Assembly (NCBI GenBank): GCA_963743305.1
Contig: CAVUPH010000007.1
Span: forward strand, 192,001-256,000
Source: an uncultured delta proteobacterium
GTDB lineage: Bacteria; Desulfobacterota; RBG-13-43-22
Direction of reading: 5' to 3'
Length of the DNA stretch: 64,000 nucleotides
Positions 51,863 through 62,227 of this stretch are shown here, in pieces. Numbering within the stretch: position 1 is the first letter of the stretch; each line of letters opens with the position of its first letter. The notes below the pieces were generated by a model. The model ran no database searches, had not been told where the DNA came from, and was given only the letters and a program-made list of their open reading frames with translations. Made by a program: the position numbers and the translations under genes.

Positions 51863-52858
51863 CTATGAAGGTAATTTCGTATTTATCAATGAGTCTAATA
51901 CCCGCTGCAAGTCCTCCGGTGGTCCGGATTGAAAAAGGAGCTTTTCCCGGGTGACCGGGTGAAGCAGCTCCACGGTGGCCGCGTGCAGAAAGAGTCGGCC
52001 TGGGGCCAGATCAAAAAGGGGCGGGCTTTCCGTACCGTAGAGAGGATCGCCTACTACCGGGTGCCCCAATTCCGCCAGGTGGACCCTGATCTGGTGGGTG
52101 ACCCCGGTGATCAAATCCGCTTCCAGTAAAGAAAAATCCCGAAATCGTTTTAAAACCCGAAACCGGGTTTCCGCGGGGAAAATTCGACCCCGGTGAGCGG
52201 CCTCCCCTTCCCTTAGCGCTACCATCCGTCTTCGATCCCCGGGGTGATGGGCCAGGGGCAGCGTTACCACGCTTGGTTCGATGATCCCGGGGACCAGGAG
52301 CAGATATTTCTTGATCCATAAGCGCCGGGCTAAATCCTGTTTCAATTGGGACCAGGCCGCCTGGTTCCGTCCGGCGACCAGAATCCCGGAAGTTCCCGTA
52401 TCCAAGCGGTGGATCAGACCCGCCTCTAATGATTTTAACCCGACACCGCACAATTCCGGAAAAAAGTGGACCAGGGTGTTGGCCAGGGTCCCGGTTTCAA
52501 AAGGGCTTAAAGGGTGGGTGGGGACCAGGGCCGGTTTAGGCACTACGATAAGATCCGCATCCTGATAGATAATGGTCAAATGGGGGACGGGTTCCGAGGC
52601 GGGGCCGACCTCCAAGGGTCCCGGCAACCTTAGTTCAAGGCGATCCCCAGCCTGAAGGCGGTATCCCTTGTCAGCCGCCTGATCATTTATCAGGGCCCGG
52701 CCTTCCGCAATCAGAACCCGGATGTTTCTGCGGGACAATCCGGGGAATTTTAGTTGGAGAAATTTTTCCAAGCGTTGAGAGGACGAGTCTCCAGCGGCAA
52801 AAATCCATTCATGATTAAGGGGATCCGATTTGGGTGGCTGATCTGGCAAAGATTTCAA
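51863..52858 (-). CDS. RluA/RluD-family pseudouridine synthase with an S4 domain
   Basis: LIHRLDTGTSG, TGVTHQIRVHL, VVGDPLYG and FLHA. Confidence 0.92.
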   Translation of the reverse strand: MKSLPDQPPKSDPLNHEWIFAAGDSSSQRLEKFLQLKFPGLSRRNIRVLIAEGRALINDQAADKGYRLQAGDRLELRLPGPLEVGPASEPVPHLTIIYQDADLIVVPKPALVPTHPLSPFETGTLANTLVHFFPELCGVGLKSLEAGLIHRLDTGTSGILVAGRNQAAWSQLKQDLARRLWIKKYLLLVPGIIEPSVVTLPLAHHPGDRRRMVALREGEAAHRGRIFPAETRFRVLKRFRDFSLLEADLITGVTHQIRVHLAELGHPVVGDPLYGTESPPLFDLAPGRLFLHAATVELLHPVTREKLLFQSGPPEDLQRVLDSLINTKLPS

Positions 52859-53015
52859 TCCCGGATAAGGGTCAGGTTGGCCCGGAGGCTGATGGATATT
52901 TTACCAGATTCACCCCTACAGGCAACCGGAAGTTACAGTCGAAATATCCAAAGGGTTGACAAGTCCCGATGAAAACAATATACATTCGGGGAGTCGGGGG
53001 AGGGATTTATTCAAA

Positions 53016-53724
53016 ATGGAAATAGCCAGGGAAACCCATCAGGGCCTGAAAAGGGCCAATAATCAGGATCGCTATCTCGTTAGGGAGTATGGCCCAGAAG
53101 CCTTATTTCTGGCGGTGGCCGACGGTATGGGCGGAGAAGCGGCCGGCGACCGGGCCGCGCAGATCGCCATCGACAGTCTGGAGAATTTTCAGTCCGAAAC
53201 GGCTGATCCCCTCCTCCACCTTCAAAGCCTGTTTAAACAGGCCTCCGAAAATATCGAGGTCCAGGTGCGGCAGAACATTCAGTTGTCCGGAATGGGGACC
53301 ACCTTGACCGCCGTTTTCCTTTACGGGGGGCGGGCCTATTACGCCCATGTGGGGGACAGCCGCATCTACCATTTTCGGGCCGGGAGGTTAAAAAGGGTGA
53401 CTTGGGACCACACCTTGCCGGATACCTTGCTGAAGGAAGGGAATATTACCACCGAAGAAGCCCGGAATCATCCGGCGCAGCATATGCTGCTGCAATGTAT
53501 CGGCTGCGGCCGGTTCAAAGCCAGCACCGGAATTCTGAAGTTGGAGAGGGATGATATTCTTTTGGTAAGCAGTGATGGGCTGCATCACGAAATACCGGAA
53601 GAGGAAATTGCGCGCCCTGTTAACCGGCGCGAAAGACTTGGCCGGAATCCTCAAAACACTGGTTCAGGCCGCCTTAAATGCCGGGGGGCGGGATAATATC
53701 ACCATCGTGGCCGCCCGCATCTGA
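53016..53724 (+). CDS. PP2C/Stp1-type Ser/Thr phosphatase; frameshift near 53615
   Basis: NQD, VADGMGG, GMGTT, HVGDSR and SDGL; the conserved GGRDNITIV follows in another frame after a C run. Confidence 0.88.
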
Positions 53725-53729
53725 CCAAA

Positions 53730-53832
53730 TTCGAAAATCCCGCATCCGAAACCCAATTTCTAAGGGGGGAGTTATGGCCATTTTCGTTAAGACTCCTCCG
53801 TTTACAAAGGGAGGTTGGGAGGGATTTTCGAA
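53730..53832. repeat. Palindromic element with a 12-bp terminal IR and an internal CCTCC-TTT/AAA-GGGAGG hairpin
   Basis: TTCGAAAATCCC...GGGATTTTCGAA. Confidence 0.6.
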
Positions 53833-53879
53833 AAGATGAGATGGGTTCAATCCAACAAAAGGGCTCAATCCTGAAAAGC

Positions 53880-53970
53880 TCGAACATCGAACATCGAACG
53901 TCCAACGTCGAATGTCTAATGGTAAAGGACGAAGAAGCGTGGCAATTTTGGCAAGATGTTCGATGTTGAC
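53880..53970. repeat. Inverted pair of AACATCG-class arms
   Basis: TCGAACATCGAACATCGAACGTCCAACGTCGAATG...GATGTTCGATGTTGA. Confidence 0.75.
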
Positions 53971-54018
53971 GGATTGTTTTTTGATAATTGAGTTCCCACC
54001 GCGGGCAGGGCATTTTAA

Positions 54019-54930
54019 ATGGACACTCACCAAACTGTAGTTCTGAACTCCGCCGACAATACCCAGGCCCTGCTCGCTCCCGATCTGGGGGGCTGGCTTT
54101 TGCGCTACGCCCGTCATTTTGAGGACCGGGGATGGGAGGAGGCCCTCTTCTGGTCCCAGGAGGTGGTGGATCGTTATCCCCGGGAGATGTACGCCGGCAA
54201 TCCTATCCTTTTCCCGCTGGTAAGCTGGAATAGCGTCGAGGAAAAGAAACATTTCTACTCCTGGGAAGGCCGGACCTGGGCAATGCCCCAGCACGGGTTC
54301 GCCCGACGGTTGCCCTGGCAGGTGACCGGGCGGACGCCGGAGTCCGTGACCCTGGAACTACAGGACGATGAGGGGACCCGAAAAAATTATCCTTTTTCTT
54401 TTCTCCACCAAATAACCTATCGCCTGCAAGACGGGCGCCTTTACTGGTCTCAAAGCATCGAAAACCGCGGGGCCGGACCGATGCCCTTCAGCACCGGGTT
54501 TCATCCCTATCTCCTTGTTCCCCTCACGGATCAAGGCCGGCGTCGTGAATCTATTATTCGCATTCCCGACTGCCAAAAGGTGACCCCGATCGGGTCGTGG
54601 TCGGGATTCACCCGGGAACCGTTTCCTTTCCGGGAATGGGACGTGAATCATGAACTGGAAGGGACCCTCTTTCTGACCGATCTGGAAAAACCCGAGTTAC
54701 GTTTGATCGACTCCTTTCGAAAGCTGGAAGTTATTCTTAATTTTGAAGCGGCGCCCAAGCATCGTTTCGTCGCCCTCTGGACCCGCTCTCCGGAATCCCC
54801 CTTTTATTGCCTGGAGCCCTGGACGTCGCTCCCCAATTCCTTCGGCCGGATGGAGGAAGACCTGATTATTCTTCAGCCCGGGGAAACCTTCCAGGCGGAG
54901 ATGTGGCTGGAAATCAGGAAACAACAGTAA
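54019..54930 (+). CDS. Aldose 1-epimerase family protein
   Basis: GNPILFP, MPQHGFAR, YPFSF, GFHPY and FYCLEPW. Confidence 0.9.
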   Translation: MDTHQTVVLNSADNTQALLAPDLGGWLLRYARHFEDRGWEEALFWSQEVVDRYPREMYAGNPILFPLVSWNSVEEKKHFYSWEGRTWAMPQHGFARRLPWQVTGRTPESVTLELQDDEGTRKNYPFSFLHQITYRLQDGRLYWSQSIENRGAGPMPFSTGFHPYLLVPLTDQGRRRESIIRIPDCQKVTPIGSWSGFTREPFPFREWDVNHELEGTLFLTDLEKPELRLIDSFRKLEVILNFEAAPKHRFVALWTRSPESPFYCLEPWTSLPNSFGRMEEDLIILQPGETFQAEMWLEIRKQQ

Positions 54931-54983
54931 GGGGGATTTTAAGGGAGCTGGAATAACAACCGAACCTTCTAAATTTAATATTT

Positions 54984-55020
54984 ATGAACGTCGAACATTG
55001 AACATCGAACGCCCAACCTG
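54984..55020. repeat. Solo arm of the AACATCG class
   Basis: ATGAACGTCGAACATTGAACATCGAACGCCCAAC. Confidence 0.65.
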
Positions 55021-55054
55021 AAATTTAACTTGCAACCAACAACTGCGAACTCCC

Positions 55055-56107
55055 ATGAGCCATTCCCCGTCAATTGAAGATTCCGGTGAAGTGCTGGCCC
55101 TTGATATCGGGGGCGGGACCCAGGACCTTTTGATTTGGTCCCCGGACCGGTCTATGGAAAATTCGATCCAGTGTGTTTTGCCGTCGCCCACCGTGATGGT
55201 GGCCCGGGAAATCGATCGGATTACCGAACAGCAGCTACCCCTGTTTATCGATGGGCACCTGATGGGAGGCGGCGCTTCTTCCAGGGCGGTCCGGAGGCAC
55301 CTGAAAGCCGGACTCACCGTAGCGGCTCAAGCCAGAGCGGCCCGGACCTTGCACGACAACCTGGAGTACGTCAAAGCCCTGGGTGTGGTCATCACGGAAG
55401 ATCCTCCCCCGGGATCGGCCGTGGTGACCTTCTCCGACATTCGGGAAAAGACTTGGCGGGATTTTTTTGAGGCCTTCGGTCTGAATCGGCCCCGTCATTT
55501 ACTGGTGGCGGTGCAGGACCATGGGTATTCCCCGGTGGAGAGCAACCGCAAGTTCCGCTTCGACCACTGGCGGGAGTTCCTGGAGAGGGAACAACCTTTG
55601 GAGTCCCTTTTACTCCAGGAAATTCCCCCTTATTTAACCCGAATGCAGGCCATCCGGGAGACCTGGCCCCAAGCCCTGGTTATGGACACCGGCGCGGCCG
55701 CCATCTTGGGGGCGCTGGAGCACGAAGAACTGAACGGCCGGACGCCGGAGCAGACGCTGGTGGTGAACCTCGGTAATGAGCACACCCTGGCCGCCTGGCT
55801 GGTGGGAGGGGCCCTGAAGGGGATTTATGAGCATCATACCTTTTTTCTGGACCGGGAAAAGCTGTTGACCCACCTGGAGGCCTTTGTCCTCGGCCGGCTC
55901 AGCAACCAGCAGATCTTTGAAGACCAGGGCCATGGCTGCCTGAACCTGTCTCCCGCCCCGACCTTCTCTTCCACCTTGCTGGCCACCGGTCCCCGCCGGG
56001 CGTTGCTGGCCGGCACCCGGGCCGTCCTGGCCGCTCCTCATGGGAATATGATGCTCAGCGGCTGCTTCGGTCTGCTGCGGGCCTTCCGAGGCAGAACAGG
56101 GGCTTAG
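55055..56107 (+). CDS. DUF1786 family protein (actin-like/ASKHA motifs)
   Basis: LALDIGGGTQD, AVQDHG, SNRKFRF, MDTG, NLGNEHT, YEHHT and APHGNMMLSGCFGL. Confidence 0.82.
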   Translation: MSHSPSIEDSGEVLALDIGGGTQDLLIWSPDRSMENSIQCVLPSPTVMVAREIDRITEQQLPLFIDGHLMGGGASSRAVRRHLKAGLTVAAQARAARTLHDNLEYVKALGVVITEDPPPGSAVVTFSDIREKTWRDFFEAFGLNRPRHLLVAVQDHGYSPVESNRKFRFDHWREFLEREQPLESLLLQEIPPYLTRMQAIRETWPQALVMDTGAAAILGALEHEELNGRTPEQTLVVNLGNEHTLAAWLVGGALKGIYEHHTFFLDREKLLTHLEAFVLGRLSNQQIFEDQGHGCLNLSPAPTFSSTLLATGPRRALLAGTRAVLAAPHGNMMLSGCFGLLRAFRGRTGA

Positions 56108-56509
56108 GTCAAAGGGCGAGACTCGATAAAACGAAGACCAAGAGCCTTGCCACGCTGATTATCCGTTGGTTGTCTCCAAATATTCTGTTCCTCTCCTGCG
56201 TCTGGGAAAAACGCCTAGCTGTAAGTTTTTACCTCCTGCCATCCGGATAGGGTAACGAAATAAATCCCTCCGCGGACTTCCCAAAAAAAGCAGTGAATTT
56301 CTCTTTCGCTCGGTTTCAGGAATCTTCCCTGTCTGAAAAATTCATTGACAAAAGAGGACCAAACTCCTCAAGATAGCTTATAAAAAAGGTTTGGCCCCAC
56401 CTGGGCCTGGGAATAGATCGCCCGGAGAAGGGCTTTTGGTGTTTTGGGCAAGAGAAGAAGGTTCTGGATTCAGGGGGGAAGGAAGGTGTGAGTTTTTTGA
56501 CGTGCGTGC

Positions 56510-56666
56510 TTGTGAGAATAACTACGGGTTTTGATCGCGGAAGATGATCCGGCCCAGGCTGTGGCCATCAGGCGAGGATTAAACCAAGGCGATGGCGCCT
56601 TAGAAATTCAGATCACGAACCTGCAGAGACAGGAGGTGCGACACCATGGCGGAGCCGGCTGATTGA
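56510..56666 (+). mobile_element. Structured non-coding segment ending in a strong RBS and ATG with no gene; possible orphan IS110-family left end
   Basis: Nested stems CGGGTTT/GAACCTG, TGATC/GATCA and GCCATC/GATGGC with a 14x14-nt internal loop; AGGAGG and ATG 56646 give only MAEPAD*. The IS110 assignment is inference. Confidence 0.35.
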
Positions 56667-56704
56667 AACCGTGGCCGCTGCCGGAACCGGCGGGGCGCTA
56701 CGGG

Positions 56705-57273
56705 ATTTTGATATTCAGTTCCAAGCCTTGATAAAAAAGCTTAAATTGAATCCCTCCCGAATCAAGCTGGTAACCTATGACCCGGACTATGCCGACTTCT
56801 ATGAGCGGAAGACGGACGTAACGGCTTCTTATTTAACCGCCGGGATCATCAAGATGCGTCAAAAGGGTTATAAGCTCAACATCATTTGGCCCGGGGACTA
56901 TGGGGTGGGGTTCTATTCCGACACCCTGGTGACCAATGAACACTTGATAGCCCGGAAGCCGGGACTGGTTATCCGGTTTCTGCGGGCGACCCTGAAAGGC
57001 TGGCGAGAGGCCGTGGTGAACCCGGAAGCGGCAGCGGCCATTAGCCTGAAGTATAGCCTCAACCAGGACCTTGATTTTCAACTGGCCATGATGAAAGCGC
57101 TCCTTCCCTTGGTTCATACCGGTGAAGATCGAATTGGCTGGATGAAACCGGAGATATGGCAGGAGATGTCCCAGATGATGTTTGAGAATGGGATATTGGC
57201 CCGGAATGTGGATGTGGCCCAGGCGTACACCCTGCGGTTTCTAAAAGAAATCTACGGAGGCAGATCCGAATGA
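56705..57273 (+). pseudogene. N-terminally truncated NMT1/THI5-type substrate-binding protein
   Basis: GDYGVGFYSDTLVT, FLRATLKGW, IGWMKPEIWQ and AYTLRFL; no signal peptide or N-terminal lobe. Confidence 0.7.
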
Positions 57274-58340
57274 GGCTGTTCCCCAAGGTTTCGATTTTAA
57301 TCCTGGTGTCTGCTCTCCTGCCCGCGATCATTGTCGGTTATTTGGCCTATGGCGACAGTCGGCGCTCGATCATCAAGGAAACCATAAAACACCTTACCTC
57401 GATAAATATCTATAAGAGCAACGATCTCAGGCGCTGGGTTGAAGACAGCCGGCAAAGTCTTGAGGAACTGGCCCAGCGGCCCTTGATCAGACTCTATGCT
57501 GAATCCTTGAAGAACCATGAAACCCGGGGCGGCCTTTATCAAAAGGCCAGAGACCGCCTCCTCGATGACCATCTCAAACCAAGACTAAAGTACGGCAACT
57601 TCCTTGAGCTGTTCCTGATCAGTCCCAACCAGGGCGTAACCCTGGTTTCGACCGATGAAAGGCAAGAAGGGAAGTAATTACCTGGGGCAAAAGCCGAACC
57701 ACTGCAATGTCTACTATTCGCCCGGGCTGGAACGAACAGCATGCCATAGGAGCCTATAAAGGACAAATGGGGACCGGGGAGTTTGCCGGCCGTCTCGATC
57801 TGGGGGAGCTTTCGAAAATCATTAGGCAACAACCCGGGCGGGTCTGTTGGCTCTCTTTTTCGCCCGGACGTTAACCCGGCCGATAAGGAGGCTGGCGGCC
57901 GGAGCCGAGGAGATCGGTAAAGGCAACCTGGAATATCGGGTAGGCACGGATGCCCGGGACGAAATCGGGCAGCTTTCCAGGGTATTTGACGGGATGATCG
58001 AGAGTCTGAAAAGAACCACCGTCTCACGCGATGAACTCCTTGAAGAGATGAAAAAACGGAAGCTGGCTGAAGAATCGTTGCGAGTCAGCGCCACCCGCCA
58101 GGAGGCCCTGCTCACCGCCATTCCCGATATCATCATGGAAGTGGATGAAAATAAAGTTTACACTTGGGCGAATCAACCCGGCTTCGATTTTTTTGGAGAC
58201 GAAGTGATCGGCAAACCGGTCGACTTTTATTTCGAAGGAGAACAGGCCACCTATAGAATAGTCCAGTCCCTCTTTGAAGGCGAGGAGAATGTCATTTATG
58301 TCGAAAGCCGGCAGCGTCGTCAGGATGGACAGATGCGGCT
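57270..58340 (+). pseudogene. Decayed Cache-HAMP-PAS sensor kinase gene
   Basis: TM1 and a periplasmic part to 57677; indel-rich Cache remnant (NVYYSPGLER, AGRLDLGELSKII); jump to TM2 and HAMP (RDEIGQLSRVF); PAS cut off at RRQDGQMRL; no kinase domain. Confidence 0.72.
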
Positions 58341-58489
58341 TGGTGAAGAAGTCGTGGTGACGATAAGACCGTCCTGGCTGGGAGACGTGGTGAGTCAGGA
58401 AGAGATGTCGAGGACAGTATGGTCAGCAGCCAAGCTTTCTGGTCAAGTTGTTCAAACTGCCGAGGTATTGGAGGATCATCCCTTCTGAG

Positions 58490-58718
58490 AAGTGCGTGGG
58501 GGTGTGGGGAATGGAAGGATAGTGTGTGAGTGTGTGGGGATGTGAGTCTGGGGGAAGGATCGTGGGATGGCAAGCTCTGACTACTTACATGCTCACGCAC
58601 TCACATCCCCACATACTTCTTTTCCCACTTACTCACTCACCCACATACCGACCCTATTGCCCACATACCCGCATACTTTTGTTCACACATACATACTCAC
58701 CCAGGCACTCCCATACTG
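58490..58718. repeat. Inverted arms of ~8-nt periodic GTGTGTGA/GTGTGTGG versus CCCACATA/CTCACACA repeats
   Basis: G/T-rich left half and C/A-rich right half; GTGTGTGAGTGTGTGGG recurs near 62478 and, with one mismatch, near 62570. Confidence 0.75.
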
Positions 58719-58737
58719 TTCTTAAGAAGGAGTCCAA

Positions 58738-61700
58738 GTGAAGCTGAAAGTATTGATCGCAGAAGATGAACCGGCCCATGAGGAGGCCATCAGAAGGGCA
58801 TTAAGCAAAGCCGATGGCGCCTTTGAAATTCAAGTAGCTGGAACCCTGCAAGAATTCCGGGGGCTGGCCGCCGTCGATCCGCCGGATATCGCCCTGCTGG
58901 ATTTGAACCTGCCGGATGGCCGCGCCGTGGAAGTCCTGACCTTCCCTCCGGAAGCCGGACCCTTTCCGGTCCTGATCATGACCAGTTTCGGCAGCGAACA
59001 GGCAGCGGAGGAGGCCATGAAATGTGGGGCGCTGGATTACCTGGTCAAGTCCCCGGAGACCTTTTCCCAACTTCAACGGATCATCAAAAGGACGTTGCGG
59101 GAATGGCGGTTGCTTCAAGAGAAGAAGGAGGCGGAGGAACTCCTGCGCCAAAGCCGGCACTTGTATCAAACGTTCCTGGACAGCTTTTCCGATACGACCT
59201 TCCTTAAGGATGAACAGTTCCGCCACTTGATTCTCAACGAGCGATTGCTGGAATATTTTGGCAAACCACGCGAAGAAGTCATCGGGAAAACCGATTTTGA
59301 TTTGATGCCCGCCGCCTTGGCTGAAAAATGTCGTCGTTCCGATAAGGCCGTCCTGGCAGGTGAAGCCGTGGTGGTTTCTGAAGAGCTGGTCGGGGACCGT
59401 ATTTATGAAACTACCAAGTTTCCGGTCCAAGTTGCTTCCAACCGGCGAGGTATTGGAGGTTACATTCGCGATATCACCGCGCGACGGCAGGCCGAGGAGG
59501 CTCTCCGGGAAAGCACGGAGATGTTACAGGCGCATCAGGTCGAACTGGAGATGCAGAATGAGGAATTGCGACGGATCCAGGGGCAACTGGAAGTCTCGCA
59601 GGGCAGGTATTTCGATCTGTACAATCTGGCTCCGGTGGGTTACCTCACCCTCAACGAAAAAGGCCTGATCCTGGAGGCCAATCTCACCGGCGCCGAGCTC
59701 CTGGGCCAATCCGGAGGTGCCTTGATCAATCAGCCGTTGACCCGCTTCATCCTGCCGGAAGATCAGGACATCTATTACCGGCACCGAAAACTCCTTCTTG
59801 AAACGGGTGCGCCGCAGGTGTGCGAGATGAGAATGCTGGGGCGCGCAGACAGCATATTCTGGGTTCGTCTGGATGCGGCTATCACCCAGAACGCCGACGG
59901 ATCTTGGGTTTGCCGCGCCGTATTGATCGACATTACTGCCCGAAAACAGTCGGAAGAGAGCCTACGGGAGAGCGAGGCGCGGTACCGCGACCTGGTGGAA
60001 AACAGCCAGGATTTGATCTGTACCCACGATTTGGAGGGGAAGCTGGTATCCGTAAATGAGGCCGCGGCCAGAAATATGGGCTATGACCGGGGTTCCCTTC
60101 TGAACCGCAACCTGCGGGATTTTCTCGATCCCGCGGTTCGAGACTTGTTCGCAGTCTATTTGTCGGAAATCAAGGAGACCGGAAGGTCCCAGGGGGTACT
60201 GCGGGTATTGAACGCCTCCGGGGATGTCCGACTTTGGGAATACAGCAATTCCTTGCGGACCGAGGGATTGGCCGTTCCCCTGGTCCGCGGCCTGGCCCAC
60301 GACATTACCGAACGGCACCGGATCGAGCGGGCCCTTCTGAAAAGCGAGGCCAAGTACCGGCGGCTCCATGAATCGATGATGGATGCCTTTGTCAGCGTCG
60401 AGATGACCGGCCGGATAACGGAATTCAACCAGGCCTATGAAGCTTTATTGGGCTATTCAAAAGAGGAACTTCGTCGGCTGACCTATATGGATCTGACTCC
60501 GGAACGCTGGCATTCCCTGGAGAGGGATCTGGTGAATGAGCAAGTCTTGGTGCGGGGATACTCGGACATCTATGAAAAGGAATATCGAAGGAAGGACGGG
60601 ACCGAGTTCCCCGTGGAAATGCGGACCTTTTTGATCCGGGACTCCCATGGCCGGCCGGAAGGGATGTGGGCCATTGTGCGGGACATCAGCGAGAGGAAAA
60701 GGGGGGAAGAAGCCTTGCGCAAGGCCGAGGAAAAGTACTCCAAGGCCTTTCAGGCGAGTCCGGACTGGGGCGCAATCACCACCTTGGACGAGGGGGTTTT
60801 GATTGAGGTGAATAAGGCCTTTGAACGCTTGAGCGGGTTTGAGCGAAAAGAGGTCCTGGGAAGGACCACCGCGGATATAGGGATCTGGGACCAACCCGAG
60901 GAACGTCGTCTCCTGATAGACTTGATGCGGGATCAGGGGGCGGTTCACAATAAGGAGGTCCATTTTCGGCTGAAGAATGGTGCGGTCCAAACCTTCATGC
61001 TCTCCGCGGAAACGATCGAACTGGAGGGCCAGGCCTTGATGCTGACGGTGGCCCGGGATATGACGGAACTTCGGAGTCTGGAGGCCCAGTTTCGCCAGGC
61101 CCAGAAGATGGAGGCGGTGGGCCGTTTGGCCGGCGGGGTGGCCCACGACTTCAACAACATGCTGGGGGTAATCCTGGGCTATACCGACCTGGCCCTGAAG
61201 CGGGTGAATGCCCAGGAACCCCTCTATCAGGACCTTCAGGAAGTAAATAATGCGGCCCGGCGTTCAGCCGATCTGACCCGGCAGCTTCTGGCCTTTTCCC
61301 GAAAACAAATGGTAACGCCCAGGGTCCTCAATTTGAATGAGGCCATAACCCACCAGCACAAGATGTTGAGACGGCTGATCGGCGAGGATATCTACCTGCA
61401 GTTTATCCCGGGCCAAGACCTCTGGAATATTCGTCTGGACCCTTCCCAAGTCGACCAGGTGCTGGCCAATCTGGCGGTCAATGCCCGAGATGCCATCGCC
61501 GGAGTGGGGACCGTCACCATCGAGACGGCGAACGTCACCCTGGATGAGGGCTATACCCGGCGCTACCGCTATGTCACTCCCGGGGATTACGTGCTCCTGA
61601 CCATGAGCGATTCGGGCTGCGGCATGGACGGGGAGACGCTGGAGACTATCTTCGAACCATTTTTCACCACCAAAGCCGAAGGGCAGGGGACCGGGCTGGG

Positions 61701-62220
61701 ACTGTCCACGGTTTACGGGATCGTCAAGCAAAACAAGGGATCGATTCAGGTCTCTAGCGAACCGGGCCGGGGGACGACCTTCAAAATCTATTTTCCCCGC
61801 TTCCCGGGGGAGGCGGTCCCGGAGGAGCAGGAGAGGGAGCGGCCTTTAGGGGGGAGCGAAACCGTGCTGATCGTCGAGGACGAACCCCAGATTCTCCTGC
61901 TGGCCAAAAGGATCTTGGAGCATTACGGCTATGAAACCGTGGGCGCCGGTTCTCCGGGAGAGGCACTGCTGCTCCTGGAAAAGTATCGGGGCCCCCTAGA
62001 CCTTCTGCTGACCGATGTGATCATGCCCCACATGACCGGCCCGGAACTGAAAGCGCGGGTGGAGTCGCTTCATCCGGGGATCAAGACGGTGTTTATGTCC
62101 GGCTACACGGCCGACGTGATCGCCCAGCGGGGACTTCTGGATAAGGGGTTGGCCTTTATTCAAAAGCCTTTCACCGTGCAGGATTTAGCCGGGATGGTGC
62201 GGAAAGCGTTGGATGGATAG
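58738..62220 (+). CDS. Hybrid sensor kinase REC-(PAS)x5-HisKA-HATPase-REC
   Basis: [12 protein letters not shown], repeated PAS ends (RDITAR, IDITAR, HDITER, RDISER, RDMTE), [20 protein letters not shown] and LLTDVIMP. Confidence 0.93.
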   Translation: MKLKVLIAEDEPAHEEAIRRALSKADGAFEIQVAGTLQEFRGLAAVDPPDIALLDLNLPDGRAVEVLTFPPEAGPFPVLIMTSFGSEQAAEEAMKCGALDYLVKSPETFSQLQRIIKRTLREWRLLQEKKEAEELLRQSRHLYQTFLDSFSDTTFLKDEQFRHLILNERLLEYFGKPREEVIGKTDFDLMPAALAEKCRRSDKAVLAGEAVVVSEELVGDRIYETTKFPVQVASNRRGIGGYIRDITARRQAEEALRESTEMLQAHQVELEMQNEELRRIQGQLEVSQGRYFDLYNLAPVGYLTLNEKGLILEANLTGAELLGQSGGALINQPLTRFILPEDQDIYYRHRKLLLETGAPQVCEMRMLGRADSIFWVRLDAAITQNADGSWVCRAVLIDITARKQSEESLRESEARYRDLVENSQDLICTHDLEGKLVSVNEAAARNMGYDRGSLLNRNLRDFLDPAVRDLFAVYLSEIKETGRSQGVLRVLNASGDVRLWEYSNSLRTEGLAVPLVRGLAHDITERHRIERALLKSEAKYRRLHESMMDAFVSVEMTGRITEFNQAYEALLGYSKEELRRLTYMDLTPERWHSLERDLVNEQVLVRGYSDIYEKEYRRKDGTEFPVEMRTFLIRDSHGRPEGMWAIVRDISERKRGEEALRKAEEKYSKAFQASPDWGAITTLDEGVLIEVNKAFERLSGFERKEVLGRTTADIGIWDQPEERRLLIDLMRDQGAVHNKEVHFRLKNGAVQTFMLSAETIELEGQALMLTVARDMTELRSLEAQFRQAQKMEAVGRLAGGVAHDFNNMLGVILGYTDLALKRVNAQEPLYQDLQEVNNAARRSADLTRQLLAFSRKQMVTPRVLNLNEAITHQHKMLRRLIGEDIYLQFIPGQDLWNIRLDPSQVDQVLANLAVNARDAIAGVGTVTIETANVTLDEGYTRRYRYVTPGDYVLLTMSDSGCGMDGETLETIFEPFFTTKAEGQGTGLGLSTVYGIVKQNKGSIQVSSEPGRGTTFKIYFPRFPGEAVPEEQERERPLGGSETVLIVEDEPQILLLAKRILEHYGYETVGAGSPGEALLLLEKYRGPLDLLLTDVIMPHMTGPELKARVESLHPGIKTVFMSGYTADVIAQRGLLDKGLAFIQKPFTVQDLAGMVRKALDG

Positions 62221-62227
62221 GCAAAAA

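Noticed and set aside
56645-56705. Group II intron domain V/VI
   Set aside because: GAGCCG is present, but the domain V stem and any reverse transcriptase ORF are absent.
58490-58718. CRISPR array
   Set aside because: Short degenerate inverted repeats with no constant repeat-spacer period, and no cas genes.
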